From a virus, in IMG/VR virus record IMGVR_UViG_3300035698_022838, positions 98,881 through 162,880 of that record: DNA of 64,000 nt; one strand, 5' to 3'. The notes beneath the pieces were generated by a model. It was not told the DNA's origin. It ran no database searches and saw nothing but the letters and a program-made list of their open reading frames with translations. The position numbers and the translations under genes are program-made. Shown in pieces: positions 9,968-18,839 of the stretch; position 1 is the stretch's first letter, and every line of letters begins with the position of its first letter.

Positions 9968-10237
9968 TTAATAAATATTTGTCTTATCACCAGCGTCTTC
10001 TTTAGATAATATTGCATTGGCAAATCTATTCAAAAGTACTGGCATTTGTGAATATAAAGATGCTTGTTTCTTTAAACTTGCAGCTTCATCAGCAGGAGTT
10101 TCTGCATCCTTTCCATTTCTAACCTCTTCCGAAATCTCTTCCTTCTTAGTATTAATAGCAGCTCTTGCTTCAGTAACATCATTATTTACACTTTCGTCTA
10201 TATGGAAATCTTCCCATTGTTTCAATTTATTATGCAT
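9968..10237 (-). CDS. Small probable capsid-internal protein
   Basis: Likely start MHNKLKQWEDFHIDES at 10237. Confidence 0.6.
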   Translation of the reverse strand: MHNKLKQWEDFHIDESVNNDVTEARAAINTKKEEISEEVRNGKDAETPADEAASLKKQASLYSQMPVLLNRFANAILSKEDAGDKTNIY

Positions 10238-11114
10238 ATCTTCTAGCAATAGTTATTTTAGTTCTCAAATCCCTAATTTGTTCCATTAGTAATTCTCGAA
10301 TTTCTTTAATGTCTTTGACGATTTGTTCCTTGTCTGCTCCTTCCTTATCACCTTTATCCTCCAGCTTTTCCTTTTCGAGATCTAACGTAACATATCTCTC
10401 ATTCCTTTCAGTTATAAGAAAACTTACTAATTTCTTTGCACTTGGCTTATCTAACCCCTGTGCAAATTTAGTAAATTGTGCTGCGTTCATACCTAAAAGA
10501 GGATCGATATTAAACTTTTTCTTACTTTTAGAAGCTGGTTCTATTTCTTTATCTACCTCTTTAGCTTTTTCAAGATCACCGAATCTTTCTCTAAATAATC
10601 TATCCTTCCTTTTGGCTTCTAGTGCTGCAGTTTTATATTTATCGTATAATTCATCAGCAACTGATTCATCAGTTAATTCTTTAGCAAGTTTATACAAAGC
10701 TTCTGCCAATTCTGCTTCAAGTTCAGATTTCTTAAGATTCCAATATGATATAAGTCTTTGGTTACCCTCAGTAATTTTTTCAACCTTATCATCAATTTTA
10801 TCTACGTCTGCAGTTTTCTTCTTAAGTAATGCAGTTAATAATTTTTCATTTCGGTCAATCATTCTTTCGAGCTTTTTAATCTCTGCAGCATCACTTTTAG
10901 TTTGTGCTTTTTTAATTTCCAACGAATCTATATCTGTTTGTATTACATTCCACTCATCTGTATATTCGGTTTCAATTTTGGAAATTCTGGAAAGTAAAGC
11001 ATCTATTTTACCTATAGAACCACCGAAATTTGCACTAAGCCAATTTACGATTTTCTCCATTGGTTTAATACCTTCATTTATTTCCTCGTCCCATTCTTTA
11101 AATTTCAATAACAT
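10230..11114 (-). CDS. Coiled-coil probable capsid-internal protein (paralog of 11118-12200)
   Basis: MLLKFKEWDEEINEG N-terminus; charged heptads. Confidence 0.7.
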   Translation of the reverse strand: MLLKFKEWDEEINEGIKPMEKIVNWLSANFGGSIGKIDALLSRISKIETEYTDEWNVIQTDIDSLEIKKAQTKSDAAEIKKLERMIDRNEKLLTALLKKKTADVDKIDDKVEKITEGNQRLISYWNLKKSELEAELAEALYKLAKELTDESVADELYDKYKTAALEAKRKDRLFRERFGDLEKAKEVDKEIEPASKSKKKFNIDPLLGMNAAQFTKFAQGLDKPSAKKLVSFLITERNERYVTLDLEKEKLEDKGDKEGADKEQIVKDIKEIRELLMEQIRDLRTKITIARRYA

Positions 11115-11117
11115 AAT

Positions 11118-12200
11118 TTAAGCTAGTTTTTTTATTAGAGTTTTTATTTTATCAACACCAGGTTTACTTATAATTTCAGCAACATCTAGACTTAATCCAC
11201 TATCCATTTCCTTACCAGTCAATATCGCATTCTTAATATTACTTAGTATATTAGAAAATCCAGACGAATTAGCAAGTTTCTTATCGATTGATAATTTAGT
11301 TTTACCAACTTTTTTATATTCGTTATATAGATTTTTTAGCATATCAATTTCATTAGCTAAACCTTTAACTTTATTCAAATCAACTTTTGTTGGTTTACCC
11401 GAGGTTAAATTCTTCTCTATAGCTCTAAGTCTTTCTCTACAGTCTTTTTTTACTATTGTAAATTTTTCCTTAGTTTTTTCTTTCAATAATAAAATAATAT
11501 CAGCATCTTTTTCTGAAATCTTCTTTCTGAGATCTGTTATCTTAGTAAGCTTAATTTCACCCATATTTGTTATTTTTGCTGATTTACCGGATACATCAGT
11601 TGATGTGTCTTTGATATCAGCTTCTGCTTTTTCTACTTTTTCCTTAGCTATCTTAACCTCATCAGCATCATAATGCTTAGATTTAATAAGATCATATTCG
11701 AATTTAGCAAGTTCATATTTATCATCAATTAAACCAGCATCATAGTATTCCTTTCTTCTTGCATTTCCTGCTATAGCTTTATCAAGGATTTTCATACCTT
11801 TAGCAATCTGCATTCTTTTAAGTTTTACGAAAGAATTATATTCCTTTTTCTTAGTTGCTATATCTCTTTGTAATTTTGGTGCTTTGTTATCTTTATCATA
11901 ACCTCTCCTTTCCTTATATACAGCATCTTCTAGTTTTTCAACCTCGTCGTTGATTTTATCCTTTTCTTTAATGATCTCTTTTTCTATACCAATATTACCT
12001 TTGCGTATCTCATCAATTACACTGAGCTTAGATAACTTACCAAATACGGTTTTATCTAAAGAATTTTTTAAAGCATCTAATGCCTTTCCTTCGTTTAGAC
12101 CTTCATATTCTAAATATAGATCTACTGATATCGAATCGTTTATAGGTTCTGATAAATCCCTTTCTATTAAAAATTCATTATGATTTAGTATTCTGTCCAT
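11118..12200 (-). CDS. Lys-rich coiled-coil probable capsid-internal protein
   Basis: ILNHNEFLIE...LNEG; late motif at 12233-12240. Confidence 0.7.
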   Translation of the reverse strand: MDRILNHNEFLIERDLSEPINDSISVDLYLEYEGLNEGKALDALKNSLDKTVFGKLSKLSVIDEIRKGNIGIEKEIIKEKDKINDEVEKLEDAVYKERRGYDKDNKAPKLQRDIATKKKEYNSFVKLKRMQIAKGMKILDKAIAGNARRKEYYDAGLIDDKYELAKFEYDLIKSKHYDADEVKIAKEKVEKAEADIKDTSTDVSGKSAKITNMGEIKLTKITDLRKKISEKDADIILLLKEKTKEKFTIVKKDCRERLRAIEKNLTSGKPTKVDLNKVKGLANEIDMLKNLYNEYKKVGKTKLSIDKKLANSSGFSNILSNIKNAILTGKEMDSGLSLDVAEIISKPGVDKIKTLIKKLA

Positions 12201-12350
12201 TTTACATTTTTACATTTCTCTCTAAGTATCTATATATATCTTATTTAAAACACTAAATCGAAGTAGGAATAAAAACAAAAATAACCAATGTTTCATTTTT
12301 TTTATACGACGGAATTTATTATTTTTATATCACATTAAAACAATAAGATA

Positions 12351-13052
12351 ATGAAAAAGAAAATGTCATATTTATTTTTATTCTTAGCAATCTTCGCACT
12401 AACATCATTTCAGAATACATATCGTATTGCTAATAAAGGAGCAAATGTAACACAAAGTATGAAATTCAACGTTATTACTATAGATAAGGATGAGATGGAT
12501 TTTAGTGTATCTGAAAAAAGACCTATTAATGCAGATTTCTACATTAATAGTAATTTCTTTACGACAGGAGCAGATCCTATTGGTTTAGTAGTAATTGATG
12601 GTAAAAGAAAAAGTAAAAGAACCAAAGGTGGCGGATTTTTCTATGTTGCTAATGGTAAAGCAATGGTAAAAGCAAAACAGTGTCCAACAATAACACAATA
12701 TGCATCACAAACTATTCTATGGGGAATTGATAATGGTAAAAGAAACATAGGATTATGTAAGACTACACATGGAAATCAAATAAGATACCGTACGATAATG
12801 GGTGAAAATAAGAAAGGGCAAATAGTAATTATCTCATCAAATAGATTAGGTAGAGTAACAATAGACGAGATAATCACGTTTGCTGAAAAAGTAGGATTAA
12901 CCGAAGCAATCCTACTTGACGGAGGAACTTCAGTCGATTATAAATTCTCTGGTGAAAATAAAACAGTTTATTTCCAATCAGTTCCTGATATAGGGAAAAA
13001 AATGTTTGATATTATAACACCAACAACATATATTTGTGGAAATTTTAATTAA
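12351..13052 (+). CDS. Secreted phosphodiester glycosidase (NAGPA)-family protein
   Basis: Signal peptide; INSNFF, GLVVIDG, RYRTIMG and AILLDGGTS motifs. Confidence 0.7.
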   Translation: MKKKMSYLFLFLAIFALTSFQNTYRIANKGANVTQSMKFNVITIDKDEMDFSVSEKRPINADFYINSNFFTTGADPIGLVVIDGKRKSKRTKGGGFFYVANGKAMVKAKQCPTITQYASQTILWGIDNGKRNIGLCKTTHGNQIRYRTIMGENKKGQIVIISSNRLGRVTIDEIITFAEKVGLTEAILLDGGTSVDYKFSGENKTVYFQSVPDIGKKMFDIITPTTYICGNFN

Positions 13053-14917
13053 GTAATACATCTAAAAGACTTAATACGCTCAACAACTTCTTTAACATAA
13101 TTATGTGTTCTTATATCAACTTTTGGTTTGTACCACACATCCTCGCTTTTACCATAATTAGGTAAATAATTTTCAACATGTCTATCTGAAACTGTTTTAC
13201 CATTTTTAAGCGTTTTTCCCTCGAGCGAACATGAAGCTTTTATATCAGGATCTGAGGTTTCGCAATATTTCCTGATTTTTGTCATACCGCAATTATATGA
13301 GCCAATTGCAATATCCAATGCTGCATTACCAGTACCATATTTAAAATTTGATGATGGTTTATGCTCAGAATATCCAGTCTCAACAGCTTTCTTATATGCT
13401 TTCTCTATATACATATATGCAGCTATTAGTGCACCTTTTAAGGTAAGTATATTTTCTTTTACCCCGAGTTCATCTTTTGTAGTCATTTTCATTTGGGCAG
13501 GACCTATTGAAGTACCATAGCCTACTACAGAAGCAAGTATTTCTGGAACATATATTGACCAATATCTTTTTCCTTTTTCAAAGCTACTTTCTCTTCCTAT
13601 AATACCTAATGCAACTTTTAAGGTATCTTTATCATAACCTTGTTCAATTAGATCATCAGCAATATATCCAAATTCTTTATCTGGTAAACATTTATACCTT
13701 CTTTCTAATTCTTTATCATTAAGTTTTTCTAAATCTACACTTTTAATATTTAAAGCTACGTCTAAATCTACATCTAGTTTTTTACTAAAAGCTTTTAAAT
13801 CACTATCGGTTAAACCTAAATCTACTCTTTCAGCCTCGTTCAAAAAAAAATCCTCTGATTCATTCAATAATGGAACTGCTTTAGGTTTTCTTTTAGGTCT
13901 CCTAACCCAAGCTATTTTAGAATGCCCATGGATTTTATTAGCAGGATCAGAATATATCCTGCCATATACATTATGTAAAATCAACGGTACACCATCTTTA
14001 ATTGCACCAACAATACCAACATGAGTATTCATACCAAATGCATCACCGTTAGTAAGTGTTTTACCAGGGGTAACCTTACCGTCTTTATTGGTAATAAAAT
14101 ATGGTTTACTTCTAAACCCTTTGTTTTCTCCGCCCCTATAAAGTGCTACCTCGTGATAGTTTGAATCTGGATAAAATAAACCAACAACATCACCTAATTG
14201 TAATTTTACATTAGGTTTATCTGGGATTAGTTTATCTATTATTTTCTTAGCCTTTTCTACGTATTTTCCTTTATAGACACCACCGCCATTTCTATGTATA
14301 GCTCCCCACATAGCAGTAATTCTGTTTATCTCATTTTCATCAAGATCAGTAAATGCACTATAAATTCTCTTACCTAATTTTTCATTAGCGTGTGCCAGCC
14401 ATGCATCACCAACACCATCAATATCATCACTGAAAAGGTTAACGAATGAAGCACAACCTATATCTTTATTTATTTTAAATATCAATACTGAATCCTTTGG
14501 ACTTATTTTATCTGCGTGCATTTTTTCTAAATATTCAGGATTAGTATCTTTATTAACTAAAACCGTAGTTGGTATTTCATTAGGACCTATAGGATATGGA
14601 TCATTAGTGAATGGATCACTTGCCATAGCAGCTTCATGATCATAGCTAGACTTCTTAGAACCTATTTTAACTCCTATCTTAGCAGCTTTTGGATCTAATT
14701 GTGCAGGTGCTCCTTTAGGAAAATATTTCTTATTAAGTTTGGCTACCGCAGATTTGATCTTTGTGATATCTCTCCAAGATCCCTTTGAGGTCTTCCTTTT
14801 AGTTAACCATTTACCATTATCAAATTTATAATCCCAGACGGTATCAAAATCCTGATATACTTTTGCTTCTGATACATTTGAATTTGAAAAATCTTTGAAA
14901 TTTATAGCTTTATCCAT
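13049..14917 (-). CDS. Two-domain cell-wall hydrolase: CHAP/NlpC-like Cys-His peptidase plus lytic transglycosylase-like domain
   Basis: GCASFV...GDAW...GDVV...THVGIV; IIGRESSF...GPAQM...SYNCG. Confidence 0.6.
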   Translation of the reverse strand: MDKAINFKDFSNSNVSEAKVYQDFDTVWDYKFDNGKWLTKRKTSKGSWRDITKIKSAVAKLNKKYFPKGAPAQLDPKAAKIGVKIGSKKSSYDHEAAMASDPFTNDPYPIGPNEIPTTVLVNKDTNPEYLEKMHADKISPKDSVLIFKINKDIGCASFVNLFSDDIDGVGDAWLAHANEKLGKRIYSAFTDLDENEINRITAMWGAIHRNGGGVYKGKYVEKAKKIIDKLIPDKPNVKLQLGDVVGLFYPDSNYHEVALYRGGENKGFRSKPYFITNKDGKVTPGKTLTNGDAFGMNTHVGIVGAIKDGVPLILHNVYGRIYSDPANKIHGHSKIAWVRRPKRKPKAVPLLNESEDFFLNEAERVDLGLTDSDLKAFSKKLDVDLDVALNIKSVDLEKLNDKELERRYKCLPDKEFGYIADDLIEQGYDKDTLKVALGIIGRESSFEKGKRYWSIYVPEILASVVGYGTSIGPAQMKMTTKDELGVKENILTLKGALIAAYMYIEKAYKKAVETGYSEHKPSSNFKYGTGNAALDIAIGSYNCGMTKIRKYCETSDPDIKASCSLEGKTLKNGKTVSDRHVENYLPNYGKSEDVWYKPKVDIRTHNYVKEVVERIKSFRCIT

Positions 14918-14949
14918 CTTACTAAATTATTTTATAAACTATATATCAC

Positions 14950-14982
14950 AAAAAACCCTAGGTAATTTATACCTAGGGTTTT
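14950..14982 (-). terminator. Intrinsic terminator after the major capsid gene
   Basis: aaaaccctaggta...tacctagggtttt hairpin with U-tract. Confidence 0.85.
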
Positions 14983-15010
14983 GATTATATAAGATTTTAC
15001 TCTTTTACGA

Positions 15011-16714
15011 TTATGCTATACCGCCTAATGGGATATTAACATGGAATCCAATATACATTGTTTCTGGATGGAAGCCTGCTTCCACTAGAGCGTATCTAGA
15101 TTTAACTGCAATCTTAGGAGACATTGTACCTTCTGAGATTGTTTGGATTGATTCTGCCATCATATAAGGCATGAATTTTAGACCTGGTTCATCATCACCA
15201 CCTTTTCTTCCAATAAGTACTCTATTATCGTTGAACTTCATGTTTTGATCAACATATACAGTCATACCTGCAAGCGAACCTACTGGGTAAAGTGTACCGT
15301 TGTTTTGAGTCAATGTGTTAGAGAATGGAGCAAAAGTGAACTGAGAAATATCTTGCAATGCACTTGCAACGTTAGCGTTAGTAACGATGAAGTTAGCAGG
15401 ACCTCTTCTTCCTCTGTTAGATACTACGTTAGCAGCAGCTAGAATTCTAGAGAATAATCTTCTTTGTAGAGTTGATAAGTTCTCATATGTTCCTGTAGCA
15501 GGGCCAGCAGGAGCACCAGCAGTACCAACAACGCTTGTAACTGCGTTATCATCTTTACCAATATAAGAAGGTATAGTATAACTACCAGCAGTACCACCAA
15601 TAACTAGGTTAAGGTTTAAAAGCTGACCTTCAGTTGTATAAAAATCACTGTGATTTGACCAACCTAAAGCAAATGCTCTAGAAAGGATATGCTTATTAAT
15701 AGCCTGAGAAACCTCGTTAACAAGTGCGTTCTCGATCATAGAAATAACATCGATACCGAATTGCTTGTTAAGGTCTTGGATTTGCTCAGTTGTCACTGAA
15801 GCAGCTACTTGGAAAGTGTCAGCCTCAACGAATTTCGTGAACGTTGAAAGTCCCATTGACTGGTAGTAATTAGTCTCACCATATGCTCTTAACATTGGAT
15901 TATATGACTTAGTACCGTCAACAAATGGTCCTTGCCAGTCGTCAGTATTCTGGAAACCAGCTCCAGAGAAACCTTGAATATGATCTTCAAGTGCTTTTAC
16001 TAGTTCTGCAGAAGCAGTAGTACTACCAACTTGAGCTCCGTCAAGTGCATTACCAATCTTAGTTGCTCCACCATCAATAACTGAACCAATTGATTCACCT
16101 GCTGTAAGAGCAGTAACTTTAAATATTGGGTAGCAGTCAATTCTAGAAAGACCAATAAACTCAGTAGTAATATATGCACTAGCTGAAGTTGCATTAGTGA
16201 TATAGAAAGTTGTACCAACTACAAGAAGAGCCATTGATGTTTGAGTAGTAACACGTACTTTGATCATTGTAGGTGCAGCAGCAAGTGCGTCAGCAGCTGT
16301 GCTTCCTACGCTTGTTGGACTTAATTTTCCACCTGCGTATACGTAATCTAAATAAGATAGTACGCCTGTAGGTCCAGACATTGGGATAACAGGTACGATG
16401 TCAAATCCAACAGTCTTCGCAGCTACCTGAATAGCTAATGGAAGTAATGAAGGAAATTTATCACCTGATCCTTGATTTGATGTGGTATAAAAACCAGCAT
16501 TTGCGTTACCTGTAGTAGGGAACGTTGGAGGTGCAACTGCACCCATGCCATTCACAACGTTCAGAGACTGATATGCACCAGCTGATTCGTTTAATGAATG
16601 ATAATGGCAATACTTAGATAGCCATTCTTTTTTTTCGGTATCTACGATTCCGGCCTTCTGCTCAATTATAGGAGACCATGTTTCGAAAATTTCCGCTTCG
16701 TTAATTAATTTCAT
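15011..16714 (-). CDS. gp23: Major capsid protein (T4 gp23-like)
   Basis: WSPI, PMSGPTG, EQIQDL, RRGPANF, FMPY, SPKIAVKSRY; SLNES cleavage site. Confidence 0.95.
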   Translation of the reverse strand: MKLINEAEIFETWSPIIEQKAGIVDTEKKEWLSKYCHYHSLNESAGAYQSLNVVNGMGAVAPPTFPTTGNANAGFYTTSNQGSGDKFPSLLPLAIQVAAKTVGFDIVPVIPMSGPTGVLSYLDYVYAGGKLSPTSVGSTAADALAAAPTMIKVRVTTQTSMALLVVGTTFYITNATSASAYITTEFIGLSRIDCYPIFKVTALTAGESIGSVIDGGATKIGNALDGAQVGSTTASAELVKALEDHIQGFSGAGFQNTDDWQGPFVDGTKSYNPMLRAYGETNYYQSMGLSTFTKFVEADTFQVAASVTTEQIQDLNKQFGIDVISMIENALVNEVSQAINKHILSRAFALGWSNHSDFYTTEGQLLNLNLVIGGTAGSYTIPSYIGKDDNAVTSVVGTAGAPAGPATGTYENLSTLQRRLFSRILAAANVVSNRGRRGPANFIVTNANVASALQDISQFTFAPFSNTLTQNNGTLYPVGSLAGMTVYVDQNMKFNDNRVLIGRKGGDDEPGLKFMPYMMAESIQTISEGTMSPKIAVKSRYALVEAGFHPETMYIGFHVNIPLGGIA

Positions 16715-16733
16715 TGTTTTTTTACAATTTTTT

Positions 16734-18767
16734 TTAAAGCTTACCTTCGAGCGACTTCGCGACCCATGCTAGGTAATCATTTGAATACCCTTGTGGGCTT
16801 TTCGTCGTTGCCGACTCTGGTGTTTCCTGACCTTCGTTCAGTTTCTGAAGTCCGACTGGTTTAGCACCAAGTTGACGAGTTGACCAGAAATTCTTAATTT
16901 GGTACTCAGTGTCTAAGTTATAGAAAGAAGCTTGAGCAATCACAGATTGCTTTTGTCCCTCATTTAGACCTTCCCAAAGTTCAGAATATGCTGATGGTAT
17001 TTCATCAATAAATTTGTAACCTGATGTTTCAGTGTTTTCTTCGTTTACCGCACTTACGGTCGTTTCTGCTTTTTGTGTTTGAGCAGTAGGCTCGACTTTC
17101 GTCTGTGCCTCATTTATATTATCTTCAGTCTTTTGTGTTTTGACTGATTCTATCAATGAATCGATTTTATTACCAAGTGATGAATAATCACCTGCAAAAC
17201 CAGATTCTACTAATTCTACTTTAGATGCACCTTCTGCGTTTTCTCTTGCGCTTTCATTTAAGGATGGTGCTGCTGTTCCTAATGATTCTGAGATTGATCC
17301 AACCTCATCGATATTTGTATTCAATTTTTCTGCAATGTAATCTGAATAAGCTATACCTTTATTAAGGCCTTCTGCAATATACTCACTATAAGAAATTCCT
17401 TTATTAAGGTTTTCTGCAATATATTCGCTATAATTAATATCATTTTCTAATTTCTCTGCAATATATTCTGAATAAGCTATTCCCTTATCTAAATTCTCTG
17501 CCAAGTATTCTGAATATGAAATTCCTCTATCTAAATTCTCTGCTAAGTATTCTGAATATGAAATGTTCTTACCAAGATTTTCTCCTAAATATTCTGAATA
17601 TTGTAAACCATCATCGATTTTTTCTGCTAGATACTTAGAATAAGAAATGTTCTTATCTACACTTTCAGCAACATATTCTGAATATGAAATTCCTTTATCA
17701 ACGTTTTCTGCAACATACTTAGAATAAGAAATATTCTTGTCTAGATTTTCAGCAATATACTTAGAGTAAGAAATACTACTATCTAAATTTTCTGCTAAAT
17801 ATTCGCCGTACTTAATTGCACTATCAAGGTTTTCTGCTAGATAACCTGCGTATTTTTCAAGTTTAGTAACCCTTTCTTGTAGGGATATATCTTCAGGTGA
17901 CGATTCAATGGCTTCGGGGGATTCTACCTCAGAAGATTCCGCGACCGCTCCTACTTGTTTCATTTCACTGATCTGTCCTTCGAGTTTACCCATTGCTTCT
18001 TTAATAAAAATGGAATATTTGTTTAACTCTTCAGCAGTTACATATTCTTTGTTAGACTCCATAATGTCGGATTTATTTTTTTCTTGATCAAAAATCTTTT
18101 GAAATTCTTCGTTATTCTCAACACTATATATCTTTACGTTTGACTCATTTTCGATACCAAAAGACTCATTTATACATTCTAGTGAATTAACCAATGAATT
18201 TTTACTCCTTGTTTCCATGAAATCTGCGTCTAAACCGCAACTTTCATACACTCTTTCAAGTTGTGCATCTGGAAATCCAGGGTCAGCTACTAAGTCATAG
18301 GTAAAGATTTTTTTAATCTGTACTTTCTTATCTGGACCAACATTTCCTGCTGCTCTTGATGAAATAGACAGTGGTATACCCTCGTCTACTAGTTTCTTAG
18401 CAATTTGTCCTGCTGGGGTATCAAGTAATTTTACCTTAATCTTTAAAACTCTACCAGCCTCGTCATATTCTAGGTTTTCTATAACATGGGAAATATTCTT
18501 AAGAGATATGTCAAATTTCTCAGGGTGATCTAATTCACCAACGAGTCTTTTCTTACTCATTTTGGTTTTAAGATAGTCTAAATGAGGAAGATATTCGCCT
18601 TCTTCATAAATCCTTTTGTTATTATTCTCTTTACCAAACTGAGCTGCAATACCCTGAAGAATATACTCATCGTTATTCCCAGTCTCTACCTTAGAAACAG
18701 TTAAACTGTTGTCTTGCTTTTCTAAAATAAAGAGTAATTGTTCTTCTATTGATGGAAGCTCTTTCAT
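16734..18767 (-). CDS. gp21: Prohead protease (gp21-like) fused to a scaffolding domain
   Basis: NxNKRIY, GELDHP, LLDTPAG, ISSRAAG, TYDLVADP; C-terminal half made of 14-aa helical repeats. Confidence 0.92.
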   Translation of the reverse strand: MKELPSIEEQLLFILEKQDNSLTVSKVETGNNDEYILQGIAAQFGKENNNKRIYEEGEYLPHLDYLKTKMSKKRLVGELDHPEKFDISLKNISHVIENLEYDEAGRVLKIKVKLLDTPAGQIAKKLVDEGIPLSISSRAAGNVGPDKKVQIKKIFTYDLVADPGFPDAQLERVYESCGLDADFMETRSKNSLVNSLECINESFGIENESNVKIYSVENNEEFQKIFDQEKNKSDIMESNKEYVTAEELNKYSIFIKEAMGKLEGQISEMKQVGAVAESSEVESPEAIESSPEDISLQERVTKLEKYAGYLAENLDSAIKYGEYLAENLDSSISYSKYIAENLDKNISYSKYVAENVDKGISYSEYVAESVDKNISYSKYLAEKIDDGLQYSEYLGENLGKNISYSEYLAENLDRGISYSEYLAENLDKGIAYSEYIAEKLENDINYSEYIAENLNKGISYSEYIAEGLNKGIAYSDYIAEKLNTNIDEVGSISESLGTAAPSLNESARENAEGASKVELVESGFAGDYSSLGNKIDSLIESVKTQKTEDNINEAQTKVEPTAQTQKAETTVSAVNEENTETSGYKFIDEIPSAYSELWEGLNEGQKQSVIAQASFYNLDTEYQIKNFWSTRQLGAKPVGLQKLNEGQETPESATTKSPQGYSNDYLAWVAKSLEGKL
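17330..17860 (-). repeat. About 12-13 tandem 42-bp (14-aa) repeats, YSEYLAENLDKGIS
   Basis: Visible in both protein and DNA. Confidence 0.9.
18125..18132 (-). promoter_or_regulatory. Internal late promoter inside the protease gene
   Basis: GATATATA about 60 nt upstream of in-frame ATG 18062 (MESNKEY). Confidence 0.6.
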
Positions 18768-18793
18768 TTGTTGACTTGTAGTTTATTTATTAT

Positions 18794-18801
18794 TATATAT
18801 C
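18794..18801 (-). promoter_or_regulatory. Late promoter GATATATA (representative; other copies listed under findings)
   Basis: The same 8-mer precedes more than 12 structural or late genes. Confidence 0.8.
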
Positions 18802-18839
18802 TTTTTAAATTCAAAGAAATTTGGACGTTTTTTTATAGG

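Noticed and set aside
10309-11121. 270-aa plus-strand ORF and other plus-strand ORFs (115-447, 20035-20475, 37484-37882, 45440-45802, 63116-63532 and similar)
   Set aside because: Ser/Leu/Phe-rich antisense shadows of K/E-rich minus-strand genes
17330-17860. 42-bp periodic repeats as CRISPR or ncRNA
   Set aside because: Variation is mostly synonymous or conservative; this is a protein repeat
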